Source of the DNA: Bacillota bacterium
GTDB lineage: Bacteria > Bacillota_I > Bacilli_A > RFN20 > CAG-288
DNA: 64,000 bases
Direction of reading: 5' to 3'
Assembly: GCA_036830315.1 (NCBI GenBank)
Contig: DAISOU010000003.1
Coordinates: forward strand, 30,064-94,063
Positions 1 to 9,744 of this stretch are shown in pieces. A program made the position numbers and the translations under genes. Each line of letters opens with the position of its first letter. Position 1 is the stretch's first letter. A model generated the notes under the pieces. The model was not told where the DNA came from. It did not search any database and saw only the letters and a program-made list of their open reading frames with translations.

Positions 1-2
1 TT

Positions 3-188
3 TCTTATGGTGTCTTCCGCTTTGTGATTGAATTCTTCCGAGGAGACGAAAGAGGAAGCTTCATCCCCGGCATCTCGCCTTCTCAGTTCTGGGCCATCAT
101 TCTCTTTATCGGCGGTATTGCCTATCTCATATTGGAAATACTACTGATCAACCGAAAAAGAAAAGAAGAAATAAAGAACGGAAACTGA
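3..188 (+). CDS. lgt: Prolipoprotein diacylglyceryl transferase, 3' end (partial, open at left edge)
   Basis: The frame-3 translation is SYGVFRFVIEFFRGDERGSFIPGISPSQFWAIILFIGG...KNGN*. It matches the conserved C-terminal YGxxRFxIEFxRxD region of Lgt. The TGA stop is at 186-188. Confidence 0.75.
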   Translation, partial: SYGVFRFVIEFFRGDERGSFIPGISPSQFWAIILFIGGIAYLILEILLINRKRKEEIKNGN

Positions 189-255
189 TATACAATATTG
201 ATAGTCATTAACTATCTTTCAACTTAAATAATAAAAGACAGGAGGATAAGAAAAG

Positions 256-2463
256 ATGAAAAATAAAACAGCTGCTTTATTTTCTTTATCGCTGATCTCA
301 TCTTTGGTATTGATGGGATGCAATAGTTCATCCTCAGTTTCAAATGGCTCTTCTGACCAGACTCTTTCAACCAGTCAGGGAAGTTCTTCAGTAAACAGCA
401 AACCTGATAAAGAAGAAACACTTAAGGTGATGAACATCTCCAATCCTCAAGTCTATGCTCCTTCTCTTATTTCAGACACTGAAGAATACAATACTCTTGC
501 TGATTCATCCTTGAGTCTGATAACTGAGTCTTCCTATGTTTTCGACAGCAAACTAAAAGAAGCGGTAACAGAGAAGCCTGATGTTCTCATCATCAACGGA
601 AGCCTGACTCTTCTTGGGGATGACATATCCCATAACTATGTAGCTGAAAAATTGCTTTCTCTGAAAAACACTCTCAGAGCAGACAATCCTGACTTTACTA
701 TCCTTCTCTCTCCCGGAGCCAATGATATCGATAGCAAGATCACTCACTCCTATTCGACAAAAGCTGTCAATCCAGTTTCCCGTGATGAATTCCACACGAT
801 TTATAACTCCGTCTGTTATTCAGATTCCACTTTGGTCTATCGTTCTCTCGATTCGACAGATACCGATCTTTCAGGCAGTCTTGCCTACAGCGTCAATCTG
901 GGCGAGAACTTTACTTTTATTGTCATCGATGACGCCAACTACAATCTTCCAGAAGACACCAAAGTCTCCTCTCTTGAAGGGACTATCGGTGTAAAACAGT
1001 TAAATTGGATCAAAAACCGAGCCTCAGAATCTAGAAAAAAAGGCAATGCCGTTATTGCCGTTTCCAACCATTCTTTAGTTCCTCACTTCAAAGACGAGGA
1101 GAAGATTAAATATTCTTTAGTCGACGACTATAATGACTTACAGAAAGCATTGGCATTAAACGGTGTGACAGCTGTCTATACTGCTACTTCTAACGCCAAT
1201 GATATCTCTTCCTATTCATATGATAATTCCTATTACCTGATTGATATCTCAACTTCCAGTTCCGTTTCCTATCCTGCTTCCACTAGAACTGTGGATTTCA
1301 CCCATACTTATAGCTATAAGAACAAAAAAGAAAACTTTTCATTGCAGTCAAAAACCAACAGCACAACTGATATCACTTATAAGAAAGCAAACGGAGAAAC
1401 AGCCTCCATCTCAGATCTTACTGCTTATACCAAGACCAAGACGATTGATACTGATAGACTGAATAAGACCTGCAAAGAATATCCTTATGAGATTCTTCAT
1501 TCGTCTTATCCCAATTATAATGACAAAGACTTTTTAAAGAACACTTTAGCCGATAAAGGAATTACGGCAGATTCTATAAACACCGCCTTGAAGACTTATG
1601 TCGGAACACCTGGAGAACCTCTGTATTTCAATTCCGGTTCTATCAAGAAAATCGAAGCCTATTCCACCGAAGATTACAGCAAAGACAAAACTGGTGAAAA
1701 GATTCCATACAATATGGTCATCGATTACGGAATTCATGAAAATTCTGCCAAAGACTATCGTATTGTCTTATCTAACTCCATCTTCAACAAGATTTTCCAA
1801 ACCACCACTATACCGGTTGTCTCAACTGATGTGGTTTTATATGTAACCGATGCCGTATTGATAAATCAGATAAATGATATCATCACTCAAGTAGATACCA
1901 ACTTGATAAAGTCAGATACAAATTGGACAACGCTCTGCGATGCTGTTATCATAGCCTTTGGTAACTATAAAGTAGATTCCACTCACACGGTCAGTGATCT
2001 TATCAATGAGTTGCGTTTCATCTATTCGGCCGGTTCAGAAACACAGCCTTCTTGGATCAAGGGAGTCAGAGACAATTTCAGTCAGGGGAAAGACTCCGCT
2101 CTTCTTGACGGTCTGGTCAGCATCTTCTCCGAAAACTCAACCGTCATTCTTAATTCTCTCTTCGGTTATCTTGATTTTTCCACTTTGATAAATGGTGCCA
2201 CTAGCCCCAATATCATCACTTGGGGAATTGCTAAGAAGATCCTTCTTGATAAAGCCTGCCCCTTAAGCAAGATGTTCAGTTCTTCTAGCTTCTCTTCCGT
2301 ATACAAATCCATGATCAATGCCTATTTTGACGATGACAGACAAGGTAAAATCGGATCTGATATCGCTTCATATATCGATGAATTCTCAACTGACTCAGAT
2401 ATACCGAATGATAATAACCCCTCATTAGGTTTTGATTATCCGACTCCCAGAGAGCCAAAATAA
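256..2463 (+). CDS. Surface lipoprotein with a calcineurin/metallophosphoesterase-like region whose metal-ligand motifs look degenerate
   Basis: 735-aa ORF with RBS AGGAGG upstream and signal peptide plus lipobox LVLMG-C. Segments VLIINGSLTLLGDD, SPGANDID and AVSNHSLVPH resemble phosphoesterase motifs II, III and V but carry substitutions. Confidence 0.6.
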   Translation: MKNKTAALFSLSLISSLVLMGCNSSSSVSNGSSDQTLSTSQGSSSVNSKPDKEETLKVMNISNPQVYAPSLISDTEEYNTLADSSLSLITESSYVFDSKLKEAVTEKPDVLIINGSLTLLGDDISHNYVAEKLLSLKNTLRADNPDFTILLSPGANDIDSKITHSYSTKAVNPVSRDEFHTIYNSVCYSDSTLVYRSLDSTDTDLSGSLAYSVNLGENFTFIVIDDANYNLPEDTKVSSLEGTIGVKQLNWIKNRASESRKKGNAVIAVSNHSLVPHFKDEEKIKYSLVDDYNDLQKALALNGVTAVYTATSNANDISSYSYDNSYYLIDISTSSSVSYPASTRTVDFTHTYSYKNKKENFSLQSKTNSTTDITYKKANGETASISDLTAYTKTKTIDTDRLNKTCKEYPYEILHSSYPNYNDKDFLKNTLADKGITADSINTALKTYVGTPGEPLYFNSGSIKKIEAYSTEDYSKDKTGEKIPYNMVIDYGIHENSAKDYRIVLSNSIFNKIFQTTTIPVVSTDVVLYVTDAVLINQINDIITQVDTNLIKSDTNWTTLCDAVIIAFGNYKVDSTHTVSDLINELRFIYSAGSETQPSWIKGVRDNFSQGKDSALLDGLVSIFSENSTVILNSLFGYLDFSTLINGATSPNIITWGIAKKILLDKACPLSKMFSSSSFSSVYKSMINAYFDDDRQGKIGSDIASYIDEFSTDSDIPNDNNPSLGFDYPTPREPK

Positions 2464-2567
2464 AAGAATACCGATAGATAGTGCTTATTAATAAAATTAC
2501 TTACAGGGAAAAGCATCTTTTTCATTTCAAAAAAGCAACAAGTCCTGTCTGATATAAATCTGCCGAA

Positions 2568-3374
2568 TTATAAACTTATAATCTTGGCTATTTCTATTAC
2601 TTCTTCAGGCTCTAGCTGTCTAGCTCTTAAGGCTAGGCAATCGTTTTTCTTTTCCTTCAGAACTTGAATTTTTGAAGAATAATCTTTAGCCTGTCTCAGA
2701 CAATTAGATATGGTCTTATTAGGATCCTTAAACAAAGCTTTGACTGCAGGATATAAAGAAAAATCGACATCTTTATCAAGATCAATTTTCAAAAACACCG
2801 AGTCTACTTTAGGAGAAGGATTAAAAGAAGAACGATCTACTTGGGTGACAACTGACAAAGAACCATAATAGGAAATCATACAGCCTAAAGGATTGTTTTC
2901 CTTCTTGCCGGCTTTATAGTCTAATTTTTCTCCCACTTCTTTCTGAACCATGATTCCTGCACTTTCAAACCCGACTCTTAATAGATATTCAATCAATTCA
3001 GAAGTGATGTTATATGGTAGATTTCCCACAAAAAGTCTGTTCTTCCTATCGCTGTATTCGTCAGGATCAAAGCGAAGGAAGTCTGATTGAACCAAAGTGA
3101 CGTTCTTCTTTTCCTTAGTGATGTCTTTGAGAATAGTAATCATATCTCGGTCAGCATCAACGGCAATAAGTTTTTTAGCTTTTTCTGACAAAGGCAAAGT
3201 AAGAGAGCCTAATCCGGGTCCTATCTCAATGACTGTTTCATATTCCTGAGGTTTCATATTGGAAATGATTCTATTTATGATACCTTCATTTACAAGAAAG
3301 TTCTGACCAAAGGATTTTTTGGCTGCAAATCCATAGTCTTTAAGAAGTGTGTCTATTCTCTGTTTTTCAGTCAT
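2568..3374 (-). CDS. rsmA: 16S rRNA (adenine1518/1519-N6)-dimethyltransferase
   Basis: 268 aa. It has the N-terminal FGQNFL motif, the SAM-binding site VIEIGPGLGSLT and GNLPYNI. It sits in the usual tatD-rnmV-rsmA context. Confidence 0.9.
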   Translation of the reverse strand: MTEKQRIDTLLKDYGFAAKKSFGQNFLVNEGIINRIISNMKPQEYETVIEIGPGLGSLTLPLSEKAKKLIAVDADRDMITILKDITKEKKNVTLVQSDFLRFDPDEYSDRKNRLFVGNLPYNITSELIEYLLRVGFESAGIMVQKEVGEKLDYKAGKKENNPLGCMISYYGSLSVVTQVDRSSFNPSPKVDSVFLKIDLDKDVDFSLYPAVKALFKDPNKTISNCLRQAKDYSSKIQVLKEKKNDCLALRARQLEPEEVIEIAKIISL

Positions 3375-3951
3375 TGTTTAAATCCGCCTTTATATCTTCT
3401 TTGCTTCTGCCTAACATCATCAGGCAGTCTTCGACATTTTTGGAAGAAAGATAAGGGATGTCATATTTTCTGATAAGCTTATCTCTTTTCTCTCTTGATC
3501 CTGCTCCGCAAAGGCCAAGATCAAAAAAATCTTCATCTTCAAGAGACAGGTTCTCATCGACAGTCAGATCATGTCGGATAAAAGGACGGAGCAGTTCTTT
3601 AACATCTTTAAGCTCCATTTCGGCAATGCCTACTTTATCGTTTTTTATAGCCTTTTTCTTATCAGCATGGACAACAAGAAGATTAGAAAGGCTTTTTGTC
3701 AGTTTCTCTTCAATTAATCTTCCCGGACCGTCTGGATCTAAGACCAGGACAACCGTTCTGACTTCATTTGCCCGTTTAAGGAACTTGATGATTTCAGATC
3801 TGATATACTTGCCGCCTGTTTTAATCACAAAAAGACAGCCGGTTTTTTTCAGCTTGTCTTCATCGGTATTGCCTTCGCAGACATAAAGATAACGGCGGTC
3901 CATACTGATGCCGTTTTCTTTGTTCTCAATTTCAATTTCACTTAATTCCAT
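3367..3951 (-). CDS. rnmV: Ribonuclease M5 (Toprim domain)
   Basis: Toprim motifs are present (VCEGNTDE, VLVLDPDGPGRLI). I chose the ATG at 3951 (MELSEIE...) because a GGAG sits 9 nt upstream. The ORF-track start at 4017 lies inside tatD. The ATG at 3903 is an alternative. Confidence 0.8.
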   Translation of the reverse strand: MELSEIEIENKENGISMDRRYLYVCEGNTDEDKLKKTGCLFVIKTGGKYIRSEIIKFLKRANEVRTVVLVLDPDGPGRLIEEKLTKSLSNLLVVHADKKKAIKNDKVGIAEMELKDVKELLRPFIRHDLTVDENLSLEDEDFFDLGLCGAGSREKRDKLIRKYDIPYLSSKNVEDCLMMLGRSKEDIKADLNND

Positions 3952-4720
3952 AAAACTTGACTCCGTTATTATATAAGATACTGGCACATTCTTCTTCATC
4001 TTTTTCAACAAGTTCACTGATCACCTTAATAATATAAGGAATATAGGCAGGTTCGTTTAGAGTTCCTCTAAAGGGAACCGGTGCCAGATAAGGGGCATCT
4101 GTCTCAGTCAGCATGATGTCAAGAGGTGCTTTCTGAATCACTTCCTTAATCACTCGGGCATTTTTGAAAGTACATACTCCACCTATTCCAATATGAATAT
4201 CGATAGGAAGTTTCAGATACTCCTTTAAAGTCTCATAAGAACCAGAATAACAATGAAGATCAAGCTTGTCGGGAAGCTCCTCTTTGATGATATCTAAAGT
4301 ATCTTTGTCGGCATCTCTGCTATGTATGACAATAGGAAGAGAAAGAGACTTTGCCAACCTGATCTGTTCGATAAATCTTCTCTTCTGTTTCTGAACATAT
4401 TCCGGTTCTTTATGAAAATGATAATCTAGACCGATTTCACCGATAGCTTTTACCATTGAAGAATGTTCTTTGATAAATTTATATGTTTCATCAAAGTAAT
4501 CATCAGATTCATCAGCGAACTCAGGATGGATTCCAAGAACGGCATAACAAAAGCCGGGGAATGTCTTCTGAAGCTCCAAAATTCTATCGAAGGACTTGAA
4601 AGAATCAGCGTTGTTGAAAACAGCTTCAACTCCGTTATTACGGGCTTTTTTAACAACATCTTCTACTTGGCTGAATAACTTGTCATCATTAAGATGAGAA
4701 TGGGTATCTACAATTTTCAT
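3938..4720 (-). CDS. tatD: TatD-family metal-dependent hydrolase/DNase
   Basis: 260 aa. It has the N-terminal DTHSHL motif, an internal GEIGLDYH and a later TETDAPYL, the typical TatD/YabD signature. Confidence 0.85.
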   Translation of the reverse strand: MKIVDTHSHLNDDKLFSQVEDVVKKARNNGVEAVFNNADSFKSFDRILELQKTFPGFCYAVLGIHPEFADESDDYFDETYKFIKEHSSMVKAIGEIGLDYHFHKEPEYVQKQKRRFIEQIRLAKSLSLPIVIHSRDADKDTLDIIKEELPDKLDLHCYSGSYETLKEYLKLPIDIHIGIGGVCTFKNARVIKEVIQKAPLDIMLTETDAPYLAPVPFRGTLNEPAYIPYIIKVISELVEKDEEECASILYNNGVKFYGIK

Positions 4721-4721
4721 A

Positions 4722-6077
4722 TCATTTACCTAAACAGAATTTTGAAAATAACGTTTGATAGATATCTTCCATGGTCTGCCCTTCGCTATTTCCGATAAGT
4801 TCGTTTATAAAAGCTACGGCAACTCTCAGAGTATCAGAGGAAATATCAATCTGACCGGTCTCAGAAATTGCCTCCGAGGCTTTTTTCATCTGAGAAGAAA
4901 TCTTTTCCAGATACTCTTCTTCTCTTTTTCCTAAGAAAGCAGACTCTTCTTTTTTATCGAGACTCAAAGCCGAAAGTATCTTATCAGTCAAAGCGGAAAT
5001 ATCATCTTTGAGAGAACAGATACTGATATCGGCATCAGCTATATGAGTATTGATATCTCTTTTTGTAGCTACTTTGATTATCTTCTTGTCTTTGAGAACA
5101 GACTTCAGTTCTTCGTCTTTATAGATATCCTCAAATCCGCAGTCACTAGTCAGTAAAACCAAGTCTGCGTCCTTTACTGTCTTATAGGATCTTTCTATTC
5201 CCAGATTCTCAACGAAATCGGAAGTCTTTCTTAAGCCGGCAGTGTCTTTGAATCTAAACAGAAGACCGTTGATTTCTTTTTCTCCTTCGACAACATCTCT
5301 GGTTGTTCCGGGAATCGGAGAGACAATTGCCTTGTCCTCTCCTAATATCGCATTGAGCAAAGTCGATTTGCCGACATTGGGTTCACCGGCAATGGCAATA
5401 TTGAAACCCTGATATTCTCTATTGGCTCTCTTGGTCTTTTCAATGATCTTATCAAGATCAAGAATATCTTTGTCTAAGCTTTTCTTTACCTTTAAAAGCT
5501 CTTCGTCATAATCGTCTTTCTCCTGTGAATACTGATCTTCGACATAATATTCAAGCTCAGAAAGATAATCGAGAAGTTTCTTTTTCAGATCCAAGACAAT
5601 CTCGGAATTTTTTCCACTAAGAGTATCAGTCGCTATTGTCTTAGCTCTTTTGGAAGTGGCGTTGATAAGATCGTTGATGCCTTCCGCCTTCAAAAGATCC
5701 ATCTTGCCGTTATAGTAGGACTGAGCAGAAAACTCGCCTTTCATGGCTCTTCTTGCTCCCCACTTGACTAAGGCGTCTAGAAGTTCGTCTGCGATCAGAA
5801 GAGAACCGTGAATATAAAACTCCGCCATATCAAAGCCGGTATATGACTTTGGTCCTTCATAGAAGACAACAACGGCTTCATCGATGACTTTGAAAGGATG
5901 ATCCTTATCTTCGTAAAGATGAAAGAAATAAGCGTGATTGGGCTCTAATTTATCAGTGTCTTTCTTTATGACATGAGAAAGAACATCTCTGGTCTTAGGA
6001 CCGGAGAGTCTGATGATGGCTAAGGCGCTTTTATATGGTGCTGTCGCTAAAGCACAGATGGTGTCAAAAACTAGCAT
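4722..6077 (-). CDS. mnmE: tRNA modification GTPase MnmE
   Basis: 451 aa. It has the G1 motif GEPNVGKSTLLN, then DTAG, and the diagnostic C-terminal CLGK. Only 1 nt separates its stop from the tatD start. Confidence 0.92.
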   Translation of the reverse strand: MLVFDTICALATAPYKSALAIIRLSGPKTRDVLSHVIKKDTDKLEPNHAYFFHLYEDKDHPFKVIDEAVVVFYEGPKSYTGFDMAEFYIHGSLLIADELLDALVKWGARRAMKGEFSAQSYYNGKMDLLKAEGINDLINATSKRAKTIATDTLSGKNSEIVLDLKKKLLDYLSELEYYVEDQYSQEKDDYDEELLKVKKSLDKDILDLDKIIEKTKRANREYQGFNIAIAGEPNVGKSTLLNAILGEDKAIVSPIPGTTRDVVEGEKEINGLLFRFKDTAGLRKTSDFVENLGIERSYKTVKDADLVLLTSDCGFEDIYKDEELKSVLKDKKIIKVATKRDINTHIADADISICSLKDDISALTDKILSALSLDKKEESAFLGKREEEYLEKISSQMKKASEAISETGQIDISSDTLRVAVAFINELIGNSEGQTMEDIYQTLFSKFCLGK

Positions 6078-6132
6078 AATAAAATTATATCATCTATTGA
6101 TAAACATACGAGTTTATAGATAACAAGAATAA

Positions 6133-6897
6133 TCAGGCATTGATAAACTCAACCTTTGACTTATTGATGAGCTTTTCATCTTCTTTTGTCAACACATAAT
6201 CAGAAATAATAGTGTCTACATCACCTAAGTCGCAGCATTGATATAAAGATCTCTTATTGATTTTAGATTCATCGCATAAGACGACGGTCTTATCAGAATT
6301 GCTGATTAAGACTTTCTTCAATTCTGATGACTCGATTGTCAGTTCATAGAAACCGGACTGGAAATCTAAAGCGGCAGTTGATATCAACGATAAATCAGTA
6401 TGGAACTTTCTAAGAGAGGCAAAAGCCAAGGCTCCTAACATCGAGTTGGTATTAGGCTGAACCTGTCCCCCGCAGATAATGACAGAATGTTTTGTCTGAT
6501 TGATAAGTTCGTTGGCAATGACCAAACCATTAGTGATAATGGTCAGATTGGAAAAAGAGTTGAGATAAGGGACAATGTGCAGGAGAGTAGAAGAAGAGTC
6601 GATGAAAATAGAGGAGTTGTCTCTGATAAGATCAACTGCTCTTTGACATAGAGACCGCTTCTGGACAATGTTGCTTTTCTCTCTTAATTCAAAAGCCTTT
6701 TCAGTATTGGAGGGATTTGCGTTTATCATGACGGCACCGAAAGTACGAGTGACTAATCCTTTCTGTTCCATCTTCGTCAAATCTCTTCTGATAGTAGCGC
6801 TGGATGCGTAAAGAAGCTGCGCCAGCTTATTGACACTGACCGCTTTATTGTTCTTCAACAGCTCAAGAATTTTGTTTTGTCTTTCTAGGTCGTACAT
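6133..6897 (-). CDS. DeoR-family transcriptional regulator, probable regulator of the adjacent rhamnose genes
   Basis: 254 aa with an N-terminal wHTH (VSVNKLAQLLYASSATIRRDLTKMEQKGLV) and a C-terminal DeoR sugar-phosphate-binding domain. It is divergent from rhaBAD. A DeoR-type RhaR controls rhamnose genes in Bacillus subtilis. Confidence 0.85.
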   Translation of the reverse strand: MYDLERQNKILELLKNNKAVSVNKLAQLLYASSATIRRDLTKMEQKGLVTRTFGAVMINANPSNTEKAFELREKSNIVQKRSLCQRAVDLIRDNSSIFIDSSSTLLHIVPYLNSFSNLTIITNGLVIANELINQTKHSVIICGGQVQPNTNSMLGALAFASLRKFHTDLSLISTAALDFQSGFYELTIESSELKKVLISNSDKTVVLCDESKINKRSLYQCCDLGDVDTIISDYVLTKEDEKLINKSKVEFINA

Positions 6898-6946
6898 GTT
6901 TTGCTCACTTGTGATTGAATATGATTTAATTCTATGACAAAAAATA

Positions 6947-6962
6947 AATTATTGCAATAATT
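6947..6962. promoter_or_regulatory. Perfect 16-nt palindrome AATTATTGCAATAATT in the DeoR/rhaB divergent intergenic region (candidate operator)
   Basis: Read directly from the sequence. It is immediately followed by TGTTCAAA (6962-6969), an 8-mer that recurs upstream of the GH3 gene. Confidence 0.35.
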
Positions 6963-7023
6963 GTTCAAACCCACTCATAGAAAGGGCTTTCCTGTTATCA
7001 TTATTTAAGGAATAATATCCATT

Positions 7024-8487
7024 ATGAGAACTTTATCAATAGACATCGGAGCATCCAGCGGAAGAATATATGTTACTGATTTTGACGGTAACTCCTTTTT
7101 TTCCGTGGAAACCTATCGTTTTCAAAACGAAATGGTGAACCATGAAGGTCATCTTTGCTGGGACTTTGAGTCGATGATGGCAAATATATTACAGGGAATA
7201 TCGGTTTCTTTCTCAAAATACAAAGACATTCGAACAATTGGAATCGACAGTTTCGCGGTCGATTATGGTCTGTTAGATAAAAGAGACAATCTCATATCCT
7301 GGCCTTTAGGCTATCGTGATTATCGAAACCAGGACAGTATGGCAAAGGTTCTTTCAAAAGTTGATTATAGAGATATCTACCAGGAATCAGGAATTCAGAA
7401 ATTGGATTTCAACACTATCTTTCAACTGGCAGATGATATCAGCAAAAAGAAATACTTCTCTTCTTTTCTTCTGATACCGGATCTTATAGCCTTCTATCTG
7501 ACCGGAATCAAGAGAATGGAGCTGACTAATCTATCTACGACAGCCTTATATAATCCTCTCACTCGGTCACTTTCTCATAAGAATATGAATCTTATCGGAC
7601 TGAAAGAAGAAAACTTCTCTCCGATTATTTATCCTTCTTCTTTGATCGGTCATCTCAAACAGAACCTACTTGATCAATATCATCTCTATGACTGTGAAGT
7701 AGTAGCCGTCGGTTCACACGATACAGCAAGCGCAGTCGCCAGTGCGCCTATAGACTCTAAAACTGCCTTTTTAGCAAGCGGAACCTGGTCTCTTCTAGGC
7801 ATAGAACTTGATTCACCTTTGATTAACGATGAAACATACAGTAACAATTTCACTAATGAAATAGGTCTTGACCATAGCGTGCGTTTTTTGAAAAACATAA
7901 TGGGTCTTTTTATCCTCCAGGAGATAAGACACGATTATGTCAGAAAAGAAAAAGAAATTTCTTTTCAGGAAATCGCTCAGATGGCTCAGGGAGTCACTGA
8001 TAACAACACCTATATCGATATTGAAGACGAGTGCTTCAAGAAACCTGGGAACATGATTGAAAAATATTATTCCTATCTTAAAAAAACCAACCAATACCAA
8101 GGCGAAATGGAGCTCAAACATATCGCCCGTTCCATCTATGAATCCATGGCCTTCAAATACGTCAGAGAATTCGATACCCTCAAGAAAATCACCGGCAAAG
8201 ATATCCAAAGACTTTGTGTAATCGGAGGTGGAGCATACGCCAAGCTCCTTAATCAATTGATTGCAGACAGTCTCAATGTCGAAGTCATCACCGGAGAAGG
8301 AGAGGCAACTGTCTACGGAAACACATTGGCTCAGCTTATCTACTTAGGATTATTCAAAAATCATATTGAAGCCAGAAAGGTTCTTTCAAAATCAACAATA
8401 AGAGAAAGCTATCTTCCAAAAGACACAGAAAGAACAGCTGATAAATACAAAGATTATCTGAATACCATATCAATAGGAGGAAAATAA
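7024..8487 (+). CDS. rhaB: Rhamnulokinase (FGGY carbohydrate kinase)
   Basis: 487 aa. It has the N-terminal SIDIGASSGR motif and the FGGY C-terminal GGGA motif (VIGGGAYAKLLNQ). It lies directly upstream of rhaA and rhaD. Confidence 0.85.
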   Translation: MRTLSIDIGASSGRIYVTDFDGNSFFSVETYRFQNEMVNHEGHLCWDFESMMANILQGISVSFSKYKDIRTIGIDSFAVDYGLLDKRDNLISWPLGYRDYRNQDSMAKVLSKVDYRDIYQESGIQKLDFNTIFQLADDISKKKYFSSFLLIPDLIAFYLTGIKRMELTNLSTTALYNPLTRSLSHKNMNLIGLKEENFSPIIYPSSLIGHLKQNLLDQYHLYDCEVVAVGSHDTASAVASAPIDSKTAFLASGTWSLLGIELDSPLINDETYSNNFTNEIGLDHSVRFLKNIMGLFILQEIRHDYVRKEKEISFQEIAQMAQGVTDNNTYIDIEDECFKKPGNMIEKYYSYLKKTNQYQGEMELKHIARSIYESMAFKYVREFDTLKKITGKDIQRLCVIGGGAYAKLLNQLIADSLNVEVITGEGEATVYGNTLAQLIYLGLFKNHIEARKVLSKSTIRESYLPKDTERTADKYKDYLNTISIGGK

Positions 8488-8488
8488 A

Positions 8489-9742
8489 ATGTCCATTGAA
8501 AACGAATATCTTCTCGCAAAAGAAGAGTACAGAAAGATCGGTGTAGATACTGATAAAGCCTTAGAAGAGATGCAAAAAGTATCCATCTCTCTCCAATGCT
8601 GGCAGGGAGACGATGTACGGGGATTTATGAATCCCGGGGATTTATCAGGTGGCATTCAGGCAACCGGAAATTATCCAGGAAAAGCCTCGACTCCTGAAGA
8701 GCTTAGAGAAGACCTTGAAGAAGTGATGTCTCTTCTTCCTGGCAGACACAAAGTCAATCTTCATGCCATCTATGCTGAACCAACTGAAAAGAAAGACATC
8801 GATGAACTGGAGCCTGAAGATTTCAAAAAATGGGTTTCTTGGGCAAAGAAAAACAAAATCGGATTAGATTTTAATCCCACCTGTTTTTCTCACCCGATGG
8901 CAAAAACCGGATTTACCCTATCTTCTCCCGATAAGGAAATCCGAGATTTCTGGATCAGGCATTGTCAGAAATCGAGAAAGATTTCTCAATATTTTGGAAA
9001 AGAATTAGGTGAACCCTGTGTCACCAATTTCTGGATACCTGATGGTTTCAAAGACATTCCTTATGATCGCCTGTCTCCCAGAGAAAGACTAGAAGACTCT
9101 CTTGATCAGATTTTCAAAGAGAAAAGCGACAGCAGATATGAAATCGATGCCTTGGAATCCAAACTCTTTGGTATCGGTGTCGAATCATATACGACCGGCT
9201 CTAACGAATTCTATTTAGGTTATGCGGTCAAAAACCAATTGGCTCTCTGTCTGGATTCCGGACATTTCCATCCGACTGAATACGTATCAGACAAGATCTC
9301 CGCTGTTTCTCTCTTTGTTCCTCATATTCTTCTCCATGTCTCCAGACCAGTAAGATGGGATTCCGATCACGTAGTTATTTTTGACGACGAACTTAATGAG
9401 ATTGCAAGGTCTCTAGTCAGAAACAACATCATTGAAAAGACCTCTATCGGATTGGATTTCTTTGATGCCTCAATCAATAGAATTGCCGCCTGGGTAATCG
9501 GAACCAGATCAACTCTCAAGGCTTTGCTCAAGGCTTATCTTGAACCTACTATGAAGTTAAAGAAGATTGAAGAAGAAGGAAATTATACCGATAGGATGTT
9601 TATTACAGAAAGAATGAAAACCATGCCTTTTGGCATAGTATTCGATTATTTCTGTCATAAAAACGGAATTTTAGTCGGTATGGATGTCTTAGATGAAATA
9701 CATCGTTACGAAAAAGAAATCTTAGCTAAAAGAGGTAAGTGA
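8489..9742 (+). CDS. rhaA: L-rhamnose isomerase
   Basis: 417 aa with a CWQGDDVRGF motif and the typical length. RBS GGAGG is upstream. It ends at TGA (9740-9742). Confidence 0.9.
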   Translation: MSIENEYLLAKEEYRKIGVDTDKALEEMQKVSISLQCWQGDDVRGFMNPGDLSGGIQATGNYPGKASTPEELREDLEEVMSLLPGRHKVNLHAIYAEPTEKKDIDELEPEDFKKWVSWAKKNKIGLDFNPTCFSHPMAKTGFTLSSPDKEIRDFWIRHCQKSRKISQYFGKELGEPCVTNFWIPDGFKDIPYDRLSPRERLEDSLDQIFKEKSDSRYEIDALESKLFGIGVESYTTGSNEFYLGYAVKNQLALCLDSGHFHPTEYVSDKISAVSLFVPHILLHVSRPVRWDSDHVVIFDDELNEIARSLVRNNIIEKTSIGLDFFDASINRIAAWVIGTRSTLKALLKAYLEPTMKLKKIEEEGNYTDRMFITERMKTMPFGIVFDYFCHKNGILVGMDVLDEIHRYEKEILAKRGK

Positions 9743-9744
9743 AA

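Noticed and set aside
3952-4017. ORF-track N-terminal extensions: rnmV to 4017, rpmH to 20141, thiN from 23385, DUF368 to 31445, pepT GTG at 41840, oppF GTG at 55916, GT2 GTG at 62880, rhaD GTG at 9739
   Set aside because: The extensions overlap upstream genes or lack an RBS. Internal ATGs with good Shine-Dalgarno spacing give products of canonical length.
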